This document shows positions 1 through 9,719 of a stretch of 64,000 nucleotides of DNA, in pieces (the stretch's first letter is position 1; every line of letters starts with the position of its first letter). A program made the position numbers and the translations under genes. Below the pieces are notes generated by a model. The model searched no databases and was not told the origin of the DNA. It worked only from the letters and a program-made list of their open reading frames with translations. Source of the stretch: Antechinus flavipes (Eukaryota); NCBI RefSeq assembly GCF_016432865.1, contig NC_067401.1, forward strand, positions 9,548,001 through 9,612,000, given 5' to 3'.

Positions 1-36
1 ACGACTAACTTGAAAAAAATATATTTTTTCCCCCGT

Positions 37-172
37 GAGGCAATTGGGGTTAAGTGACTTGCCCAGGGTCATACAGCCAGGAAGTCTTAAGTGTCTGAGA
101 TCAGATGTGAACTCAGGTCCTCCTGACTTCAGGGCTGGTGCCCTATCCACTATAGCGCCACCTAGCTGCTCC
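37..172 (-). mobile_element. Marsupial CORE-SINE (WSINE1-like)
   Basis: Reverse complement reads GGAGCAGCTAGGTGGCGC..GTGGATAGGGCACCAGCCCTGAAGTCAGGAGGACCTGAGTTCACATCTGATCTCAGACACTT..GCTGTATGACCCTGGGCAAGTCACTTAACCCCAATTGCCTC: tRNA-like A/B boxes plus CORE start. Family name from recollection. Confidence 0.85.
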
Positions 173-449
173 ATGTCCATTATTTATTGAATAAAGCAAT
201 GTGCTACATAAATGATGACCATGATTATGATCTATGCTCCTGTCAACAGAATCCCCCAGAACCTTGAAGCATTGCCAGGAGCAAATTGTGTCCAGATGAA
301 TGCAGAGAAGGACACATCACTTCCCCAAGCAAATGAGATTCAACCCTGTCTGAAGGGAAAGCTGGCTTGCTTCCCTCTTCCCCTGATTTTCATCTTCACC
401 TTCTTTATTACTGGGCAACTTCTTGAGCAATCTGAAAGGGGCGTTGAGG

Positions 450-672
450 TAACGCCACAGTACAGCAGACTTGAAATCAGGAAGACATCTTCATGAGTTC
501 AAATCCAGCCTCGGATACTTACTAGCTGTGTGACCCCGGGCAAGTCATTTTACCTTTTTTGCCTCAGTTTTCTCATTTGTCAAGTGAGTTGGCAAACCAC
601 TGTAGCGTCTTTGCCAAGGAATCCCTGGGTGGGGTCACTAAAAGTCAGACAAGATTGAGACGACTCAACAAC
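450..672 (+). mobile_element. Mar1-type CORE-SINE
   Basis: GAGTTCAAATCCAGCCTC B-box, CORE (gctgtgtgacc..gggcaagtca..gcctcagttt), and RTE-like tail ggcaaaccact..tctttgccaag..ggggtcac..agtcagac..gactcaacaac. Confidence 0.8.
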
Positions 673-1599
673 ATGGGAGAGTCCAGAGAATGGCTTCCAA
701 TCTTCCCTAATGCCTGTGGGAACAGTGGAGGGTGAGTTCCTTGAGGGCAGCCGCCATTTTGATTCTTTGCTTTGGCTCCCTGATGCCTGGGAACTTCATA
801 AAGGCCTGTGAGATGATGGATTGATTGAATCTCACAATCTATAGCTAGAGATGATGTTGAGGTCATCTGGTCTGACCCCTTTGATCCCCAGAGGAGAAAG
901 CTGAGGTTCTGTGAGGATAATTCTCAGGAGCCCAGGTTGAAGAGGCCAGAGAATGTCAGAAGCAGGAATTTGCATCTGTCTTCTGCCTCCTGATCTAGCC
1001 CTCCCTTAGCTGCCCTTCAGTAGGAGAGGGGTAGCTGCCCGGGGGGGGGGGCTGAGGGACCCCCCCATTGGCCTTGGTGCCAGTGGGGGCAGGGGTGGTG
1101 CCAAGCTGGAGGCTGGGTACTGGCTGAGGAGCGCCAGGGCCCCCTGCCTCCTCTCCCCGCCAGCCTCCCGGGGAGGCCGATGCCCACAACAGGGGACTGC
1201 ATGCCTGGGACCAAAAGGCTCCTTCCCTTTGATGCCCCAGCGCCTTTCTGGTGGAAGGAACCGTCCCGCTTTCTCTAGCAACAGGGACTGCCCCTTCCAG
1301 GCCTTGGCTGGGCCCTTCTCCGAGGCTCCCTGGGCTGGGGAACTGGTTGTTGATTGTGTGACCCCCGCCCCCTGCCCCCAGAACACACTTGTTTTCTTTA
1401 GGCTTTTTCTGGAGCTTGGGGCTGAGAAGAGAGGATTTTTATTATTGGGGGGGGGTGTTCCCAAAGGCAGCCTACTTTTGGTATAGATTCCACCTCAGGA
1501 AACGGAGGCTACGCAGGAAGCAGCAGAAATGGGGTTTGTTACCGGGTTACTGGCTGAATTCAGGCTAGTGTCTTCCCCTCTAAATTACCTTGGAGATAT

Positions 1600-1680
1600 C
1601 TATCTGTATATGTACACACATACATATTATATATACCTATACATACATATACACAGATACAGACACACACATACACACAC
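1600..1680. repeat. Degenerate (TA/CA)n microsatellite
   Basis: tatctatctgtatatgtacacacatacatattatatatac...acacacacatacacacac. Confidence 0.8.
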
Positions 1681-2221
1681 CATAAACTTAAAGGGCTTTT
1701 GTTGTCTCCCAGATTGAGGCAGGGTCCTGGGGGCAGCAGTTTCCGAGACTATTTTACTTTCTCCAGAACCTAGAACCCAGTGGGGACTTCCCAGGGGCCT
1801 GGGACTGACCCAGCACAGAAGTGTCTGCAGCCTCCCAGGCTCTCCCATTCTGGATCTCCCCCGGCCTTAGCCCAGTGCCCTGCCCAGGGCTCCATGCTTG
1901 TTTGTCATCGATTGACTGATTGATTCCATTATCCATATTCCCTCTAAGGTCTCCTCGGGCCAGAAATCTAGAATCCCAAAGCAACTGAGGAGCCTCGAAG
2001 CCGCGGGGATCGGACCCAGATTGTTCCTGCTTGTTACCAAGGGCGGCCACTTGATTTTCTGGTTGTCCTAGGTCCCACGTTTGGGCAAGATTCTCTCCAG
2101 GGGCCCCTTGGGCAGCAGTGGGAACCCCTTCTCAGAAGCATGCTTTGAAATACATAAAATAAATCCATCACATTAGAAAGGAAACCAAAGACTACTTCAA
2201 AATCAAGTTATTTTTGTAATT

Positions 2222-2367
2222 NNNNNNNNNNNNNNNNNNNNNNNNNNNNNNNNNNNNNNNNNNNNNNNNNNNNNNNNNNNNNNNNNNNNNNNNNNNNNNN
2301 NNNNNNNNNNNNNNNNNNNNNNNNNNNNNNNNNNNNNNNNNNNNNNNNNNNNNNNNNNNNNNNNNNN
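2222..2367. other. Assembly gap (N run)
   Basis: Run of N. Confidence 1.
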
Positions 2368-2699
2368 TTTATTTTTTTTTAATCAAGTAGTTCTTTTATT
2401 TTCACCACTGCAGTTCAAGGAGCCCCTGAAATCGTCCCTAGCGGCAGTTTAAGCCGCAGTCCCAGGATGCATTCATCGGGCTTGACTGGCTGTTGGCTTC
2501 AAAGCGAAGGGTGCTGTTTCCTAACCCTTTCCCTACATTTGGGGAGGGGGAGGAGGAGAAGGAGGGCCGGAGGAGGGGGGGTGTTTACTTTCCCCGGATT
2601 ACAGGATTTGGCTGGCAGAAGGGGCCAGGAGAGGCCTCCAAGCCCGGCCTGGTTAAGGGATTTGCCCGAGAGACCCCCGAAAAGGAGCTGAAGCCCCGG

Positions 2700-4450
2700 G
2701 TGGGAGACAGCAGCACCTCTTTGGGGACTGGGCCGAGGGGCAGACGTCCTAGTCCTGAGGCAGCTGGGGAGGGTTCCCCTCCCCTTAATGGGAAATGCCT
2801 CAGGCTCGGCCTCCCCCCCCCCAGAAGGGCTTGGGGACCCAAGAGTGGCTCATCTGCCAGATCAGAGTCCCCCTTCCCCCCTTCTTTTCCTCCCCCCCGG
2901 CAGGCTGGCTCTCCAGCGCTCTCATTTTACAGATGAGGAAACTGAGCCGGGGCAGGAGCTGGCTAGTCCAGCGTCATCCAGGAAGACTGAGTCCCTAGCC
3001 CGCGATTTGGGGCTCCGAGCCTCCCTGAGTGCTCCTGCAGGGGCGGGAGGGAGTTCTGGCTGGGTTCGAGGGAACCCCGGACCAGGCACGTGCCTCGCTT
3101 TCTCCCGGGATTCTCTGGGGGAAATGGAGAGAATGAATGAGCGAGCCTCTGGGGAGGAAGGCGCGAGGGGCCCCAGCAACGCCCTCGCACGGCCGCTTCC
3201 CCGCCTGCCGGGTCCCTCCCCCGCCCCTCCAGAGCGGGGCCCCGGGAACGGCCGCAAAGTGGGGTGGCACGTGAGCCCCCGCTCGGGAGGGGGCGAGGGG
3301 TTGGTGCGGGGGCGTGTCCCGGGGCGGGCATCCCCGGGCCCGGCTGAGGAGGGGCCAGCGCGGTGGCCGCGGAGGGGCCGGCGGCGGCGGCCAGAGACGC
3401 GGCGCAGGGCGGCGGGCGCGGGGCGAGCGGGCCATGGAGCCGGGGGCGGCGGCGGCGGCCGGGCCCGGGGACCTGCTGCAGGCCCTGCTGGAGGGCGCGG
3501 GGGGCCGCGGCCGGGTGCTGCTGGTGGCCGAGCTCTGGGAGCGGGAGCAGAGCCGCAGCCTCATGAGGGACTTCGCCCGCCACGTCTTCCCGGAGCCGCG
3601 GGAGGAAGAGGAGGAGGAGGAAGAGGAGGAGGAGGAGGAAGCAGGAGAGGAGGAAAAGGAGGAGAAGGAGGAGGAGGAGGAGAAGGAAGAGGAGGAGGCG
3701 CGGGCGACTGGCAGCAAGCCCGGAGGCCCGCAGGAGGCGGAGGACTGGGAGGCGGGCGGCAAGCGCGGAGGCCCTCGGGAGGCGGCGGCCGCAGCGCGGG
3801 CTCCCGGCCGCGGGCCTCCGGAGCGAGCCATCTGCTCCCCACTCGTGTTCGTGCTGTGCCGAGAAGCTTCCCTGCGGGCCCCGGAGCCGCGCCTGCGCCT
3901 GCGGGAGATCCTGCGGGACGTGCGCGCCCGGAGGCGGCGGCGGCCTCGTTGGCGGCCTAGATGGCGGCCCCCGCCTTGGGGGCCCTCGGGGGACTGCGGC
4001 GGAGGGGGCGGCGCAGCGCTGGTCGGGGTGCTGGTGGAAGAGCCTGGCGACGGCCGCGGCGAGAACCAAGGCGCGGAGGAGGGAAGCGGAGCCGAGGCCA
4101 TGCACCTGCTGGAGGCGCTGCTGCGCTCCGTATTCGGCCGGGACGCGGGCGGCCCGGTGCAGGCTGCCTGCTACTGCCCCGCGCGCCCGGACAGCGCCGC
4201 CGACGTGCAGAACGCAGCCTGCCGGGCCCTGCGAGCAGCCGCCGGCCAGCGGCCGCCAGGTCAGCGGGGCCGGGAGGAGGGGCGGGCCAGGAGGATCCCG
4301 GAGGCCAGCCTGGCCGGCAGCCTCCTTCTGCAGGGGAGGAAACGGAGGGCTAGCCCGGCGGAAGCCGCGGACTCGCCCAGGGTCACACGGCTAGAGAGAC
4401 GGTGGCCGGGACCCGGTTCTAACCCAGCCCTCTTAGAGTGTGAGGAGGGG
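2700..4450 (+). promoter_or_regulatory. CpG island covering promoter and exon 1 of C2orf72
   Basis: Very GC- and CpG-rich stretch around the ATG at 3434; two CACGTG E-boxes upstream (3087, 3268). Boundaries judged by eye. Confidence 0.8.
3434..4259 (+). CDS. C2orf72: C2orf72 orthologue, coding exon 1
   Basis: gccATGG Kozak start. [54 protein letters not shown]...SPLVFVLCR...LREILRDVR...AALVGVLV...[25 protein letters not shown]...[12 protein letters not shown] matches the human C2orf72 blocks as I recall them. Donor AG|GTCAGC at 4260, phase 1. Position just upstream of PSMD1 matches human synteny. Confidence 0.92.
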
Positions 4451-5659
4451 TCTTAGAGCTCCTAGAATTCCCCCCAGCTTGTTTGACAGAAAGGGAAACT
4501 GAGGCCTAGAGAGATTCAAAACCTGGGGAGCTAAAGTTCGGGGCTCCAACATTTACAGCGGGTCTCGGGCCGCTGGGCACTGGACCTTTGGTACTGAGGG
4601 GACAGTGTCGGGCTCCGGACGCCCCCCCTCCATGCTAGTAGCGCCCCCTCCCTGTGGCCCAGTGCCTCCCCCTCCCCATGGGCCAATATCTCCCCCCTCT
4701 CCAGGCCCAGTTATGCCCCCACCCTCTGGCCCAGTGGCCATGGTGGCTCTCTCCCTCTCTCCCTCCCCCGCCCCCCCATTCCCTGCTGGAGCCCTTTCCC
4801 GGAATGGCTGCGTCTGGGGCGATGCGGCCTCGCGGCTGTGACTCGCTGACTCTACCTCCCACCGGCAAAAGCTGCCGCCCCGACCCAGGAGACAAGCGGC
4901 CAGTTTGAGAATGAACTTGTGTGTATGGTTGCGGGGAGGGAGGGAAGGAAGGTGGGGGGTGAGGGGATAGGGGATGTTCAGGAAATGGAAAGTTGGGAGA
5001 GTGGAGAGAAACCTGCCTTTGCTCGGTCATTTATGGTGTGACCTTGGCCACGTCCTTTCCCAACTCTGGGCCTCAGTTTCCCCTTGTGTAAAATGAGGGG
5101 GCGGATGGATCAGATGCTCTTTGAGATCCGGTCCCATGAGTACCTGGACCCAGATTCCGGCCGTGGCTTCACCACAGTGTGTCGGGGTTAAACTCCCTTA
5201 GTTTGTCCCCTTCTCCCTCTTATCGGTGCGGGGGCTGGAGTAGACGGGCTCTATCCAAGGTGCTGCCGAGCTCCCTGATTCCGGAGACGTGGCGGGACTG
5301 GGGCCTGGAGCATGCGGGAGGAGGGGGACGTCTCCGGCACTGAGGGCCGCTCTGGGATCCGGGGACTGGAGGCGAAAGGCTCAGGGCGCAGGCAGGCTCT
5401 TCTGCCGCGGAAAACCCTGGAAAGCAGCGACAGTCCCCGGCTCCTCAAGGGGTTTGGCCCAGTAGAGCAGGGATTCAGAAATGCGGGCTGGACTGCGGGG
5501 AATGGAAGGGGACGCTGGGAGGGCTCGGACAGCCCCCAGAGGCCCCTGTAGCTAAGTATCCCAGAGGCCCCTGATTTCCTGAGAAAAGGAGCTGAAATGA
5601 GAGCAACTGAGGGATGGTTGGGGGAAATGAGTCCCTTTGTGCATGATACAGCAGATGAG

Positions 5660-5830
5660 TCTCAGTTGACTTAAATTCAAATCCAGCCTAGCCATTTACT
5701 GCCTGGGTGACCTTGGACGGAGCCCTTCCCCTTTCCCAGCCTCAGTTTCCTCCTTTGTAAAATGAGAGAATTGAGATAGACGGACTCTGAACTCCTTTGC
5801 TGAGCTCCATCTATCTTCCTAGCTCTTTCA
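5660..5830 (+). mobile_element. MIR/MIR3-type SINE remnant
   Basis: ttcaaatccagcct..gtgaccttgg..cctcagtttcctcctttgtaaaatgag CORE signature. Confidence 0.7.
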
Positions 5831-6999
5831 CCTTATTTAACCTTAGTTTGCTCATCATCTATAAGGAGGAGGGAGTTGGGCTAAACGGCCTCCGAGATCC
5901 TTCCTCGCTTGGGTCTAAGCTCTTACACGCTCTAGAATCAACCATTTTCTTTGGAAGTGGAAGGGCTGGGGCTGCATGAAGCGAGGGGGAGGTTCCCTCC
6001 AGCTCCAATGGTCTGGGACTCAGGGAGCTGGAGAGGGAAGGCGTCCGGAGACAGGAGGACCAGGGAGGCACGGAGCCAGCTCTGAGGCTGAAGAAGTGTT
6101 GAGGTCTGCCCCCTCCCCCATGCTAAAGTGCCCATAGGGCATGGGTTTCCTACTCTGGGATTTGGGAGGCTCGGGGAGCCTGGAGAAGCAGGTTCACATC
6201 CATGCAATGAGGGATCAGCGGAAGAGGATGGCGACTTTAGCCCAGAAAAAAAAAAAAAAAGGGCAAGGATGGCCTAGAGCACCTGATGCTGATGGTGAGG
6301 GCGCTGGCCCCGGAGCCAGGGAAACCCCAATCCCAGGCCTTCCTCCCATGCTCATGATGGGAGGGACCTTGGACCAACCACAGAGGGGACCAGGATTAGC
6401 TTTGTTACTCTGGGCCTCCTGTCAGACTGAGGGAAATTGTGGCCTCGGGGTCAAGGGAAACCCCACAGCTCTGAGCTTTTGTGAGCGCACCGGGAGCCCG
6501 CGGAGAGCCGGCCCGCACTGGCACTTCACCCGCTTGTCCGGCTCGTTTGCCCTGTGGTGGACCGGGGAGCCTTGCCCTGGCACCGTGGGACTAGCGCGGT
6601 TGAGATCCCTTGCGGCTGGGACAGGCTGGGATTCTGGGAGACAGGGGGCTGTGACTGAGCAGCAGCAGGGGCGGCTTTCTGGGATGGGGAAGGACAGGTG
6701 GTCTCTTTAGCCCGCCAGGGGGGGCGCAATATTCATTCTCTATGATCCAGCGAAATCATCCTTCACAAAGCGCTTGATAAAGCATCTCGTTCTCTGCTGG
6801 TGGAAATGATGAGGGCCCCGTGAGAATCCAATTCGGCAGATTCAGAACCGTGGGGGGTAAATGGCTGAACCCAAAGAACGCTGAGTCAGTAAATGGCAGC
6901 TGGGGAAGGGCCCTCGCAAGCTGGCCTGGGGCCTGTGAGATTTTTATGACTGGAATGGAAGCCCAGAGAGCATCCTCACCCCAGGGAGAACACAAGCAT

Positions 7000-7215
7000 G
7001 GAAACTCGGCCTCACTTCTGGCTTCAGACTTGTCCCAGCTCTGTGATCCTGGACAAGTTCCTTCATCTGTAAAATGGATCATAATAGCATCTCCCCCCGG
7101 GGCTACTCTGAGATCAAATGAGATAATTGTAGAGGCCTTTGGGAAACTGAAAGTACCCTGTAAGCATCTAAGTACAAGTCTAAGAAAGTCCATAAATGTT
7201 AGCTATTATTATTAT
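7000..7215 (+). mobile_element. MIR SINE remnant
   Basis: ctgtgatcctggacaagt..catctgtaaaatgg..gagatcaaatgagataat..ataaatgttagctattatt (MIR core and L2-derived tail). Confidence 0.75.
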
Positions 7216-7551
7216 AATTGTGGGGAATTGCCTTCTAACAATAGAGAAGAGCCTCTGTACTTTACTCCCCCCCCCCCCCCCCCAGCCCTAATGTGGAATG
7301 GAAATCCCCTGAGGGCAGCCGGAATTTCCCTTTTGCCTCCACACCTGGACTTCCAGCCCTTAGTAAGCCCTAAATAAAACTTGTTAATTAAATTCTTAGG
7401 AAACTGCTTAGGGCTAGGAGGTGAAAGGGGAATGTAGCCGATGTGTCTGCGGCCCTAGTTCTCCTAACTGCGAACCCTGCTCTCTACTACATCTACCCCT
7501 TTTTCTGCTAGGTCGAACCCACTTTAATCCCCTCTTCCTCTTAAAAAAGAA

Positions 7552-7626
7552 AATCAAAACAAACAAACAAACAAACAAAAGAAAAAGAAAAAAAAAAAGA
7601 AAAAGAAAAGAAAAGAAAAAAGAAAA
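7552..7626. repeat. A-rich microsatellite (AAAC)n/(AAAAG)n
   Basis: aaacaaacaaacaaacaaaagaaaaagaaa...aaagaaaagaaaagaaaa. Confidence 0.85.
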
Positions 7627-8494
7627 TCCAGTGGCAGCTAGGTGGCGCAGTGGATAGAGCTTGGGGCCATAGACCGGTGTCCACGTGTCTCAAAAGAACT
7701 TGCAGGATTGAATCTATTTCTTTAGCCAAAGGACAAATGTTATTAAACTGGCTGAATTTCCAGACGAAATTAGCAGCAACACAAGCAAGGAGACCCATTT
7801 ATCCAGCTTTCAGTCACTGACAGGCTCATTGTGTAGCCCGTGGGTCGGAGGAGGGTCTCTGGACTTTGGTTCTTGTGGAGCAGAGTATCACTGACCAGAC
7901 CGTCAGTCAGCAATGAGTTCGGTTCTCACCGACCGACGGATCTTCTGTGTGACAGTCGGCAACGATCTGAGGACTAGTCTGTGCACTTCAGTCTCAGTTC
8001 TGTGGGTTATCCGGAGGCCAGGGGCTATGTGACTGAATCAGACAGATTGTTGTTCCTAGATTATGGAGTCTGAGGCAGATTTAGGATTGCTGATTTATTA
8101 GTAGAACAGAAACCCCCCTAAAATCAGGGGCTCACCAGATCATCTTCTAGCAGTGTGAAATGGCAGCCTCCACCATTCGGGGTAGCTCCTGATTACCTCT
8201 AGGATAGCCTCTCACAGACTCCAGATTTGTTTCCTAGCGCTCCCCTTAACACACTCTACCATTCAGGTAAATGAGTTTGCTTGCTATCCCCAGTGCATGA
8301 GAATCCAGCTCCCACCTCTATCCCATCGTCCCCCTCTCCTCTGCCTCCCAGGGTCCATAATATCTCTCAAAGCTCAGTTTGAACGCTATGCCCACACTAG
8401 GTTTTTCTTGATTTCTCCAACTGCCAGTGACTGATCCCCCAGACACTGATTTTGTACAAAATTTAGTAAATATTTAACAGGCATCTGAGTTATA

Positions 8495-8700
8495 AGCAGC
8501 CAGATGGCCCAACAGATAGCGTGCTGGGCCTGGAGTCAGGGAAATCTGAGTTCAAATCTGGCCTTAATAGTATAACTGAGTCACTTCACCTCTGTCTGCC
8601 TCAGTTTCCTCACCTGTAAAATGGGAACAATCACAGCACCTATCTCCGGGATTGCTATGAAGATGAAATGAGATAATATCTTTCAAGTGCTCTATAAATG
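8495..8700 (+). mobile_element. MIR SINE
   Basis: gggcctggagtcagg..ctgagttcaaatctggcct..cctcagtttcctcacctgtaaaatggg..gaagatgaaatgagataat. Confidence 0.8.
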
Positions 8701-9020
8701 GGGCCAGTGTTATCCATTCCCAGTTATCATTTCCTCTGATCAACTTAAAGAATCCCTGAGGAAAGGGCTGTTTGATTTTCTATCATGGGTAAGTACCTAG
8801 GACAGTGGCTAGCATACAGTTGGGGCTTAATAAATGCTGGCCGATTAATTGAGCTGACTTGAGACCAGACATCTGGAGATAAAGCGATAGCCTTGCGTTT
8901 TTATGTCCAGGTGTTATCGTTCTCTCACTTCCTGTAACAACCATCACCTTGACCACTTTTGATCTGCTGTGAGCTGGGGAATGAAATAACCAACCTTGTA
9001 AAAATTACATTTGAATAGAG

Positions 9021-9171
9021 NNNNNNNNNNNNNNNNNNNNNNNNNNNNNNNNNNNNNNNNNNNNNNNNNNNNNNNNNNNNNNNNNNNNNNNNNNNNNNNN
9101 NNNNNNNNNNNNNNNNNNNNNNNNNNNNNNNNNNNNNNNNNNNNNNNNNNNNNNNNNNNNNNNNNNNNNNN
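9021..9171. other. Assembly gap (N run)
   Basis: Run of N abutting a SINE. Confidence 1.
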
Positions 9172-9245
9172 TGAGATCAGATTTGAACTCAGATCCTCCT
9201 GAATTCAGGGCTGGTGTTCTATCCACTGCACCATCTAGCTGCCCC
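9172..9245 (-). mobile_element. WSINE1-like SINE 5' half (rest lost in gap)
   Basis: tgagatcagatttgaactcagatcctcctgaattcagggctggtgttctatccactgcaccatctagctgcccc; same family as 37-172. Confidence 0.85.
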
Positions 9246-9719
9246 TGTCTATATATTTTTTGACCCGGCAGTCATAATGTCGAGGAAGTACAGAAACAGG
9301 ATAGACCTGCTATAGGCTGAAAGAACTGGGGATGAGGGGGGTGCCCACAGATTGGGTTATGGCTGCAAAGAAATGGCTGTTTTATGTGAACAATGGGGTG
9401 GTATTGTACAGTAAGGCGCGAAATAGGGAATAGAGGACAGTCTGGAAGACCCAAAGCCTTAGTCTGTGATGTGACCCCTCAGGGTCGCTGAGCACCACGG
9501 CTCTCCATCGCCTTCGCCTCCTGCTCATCCGTAACCCCTCACGCATCCCATGGAGCCGATCTGCTGCCAAATTTTGTTTCGATCTTTGGATAACTCAGGC
9601 GTACTTTTCTCTCCATTCTTGTCATCCAGACCTCCTCACCTCCCACCTGGAGGGATGGCAGTCCACCTCTCTGGATCAGGTCGGCTTGCCTGTAGTCTCT
9701 GCGAATTTTAGTTCATGCT

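Noticed and set aside
212-2200. Search for an upstream neighbour gene (SPATA3 in human)
   Set aside because: No ORF or exon resembling a known protein; the ORFs overlap SINE or GC-rich sequence.
3314-3433. N-terminal extension of the C2orf72 ORF in the supplied track
   Set aside because: It starts at GTG. The first in-frame ATG (3434) has a good Kozak context and matches the orthologue start.
2788-4105. Long alternative-frame and antisense ORFs (390, 380, 368 aa) over C2orf72 exon 1
   Set aside because: Shadow ORFs of extremely GC-rich, stop-poor sequence. They are low-complexity G/A/R/P/S (the poly-S and poly-L runs are the poly-E tract read backwards) with no recognisable domain.
4260-4456. 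Open frame continuing past the C2orf72 exon 1 donor
   Set aside because: GC-rich read-through with no similarity to the orthologue; the spliced exons 2 and 3 give the expected C-terminus.
6711-6727. CTCF-like CCCGCCAGGGGGGGCGC
   Set aside because: Seven Gs instead of five break the motif spacing; not supportable without ChIP data.
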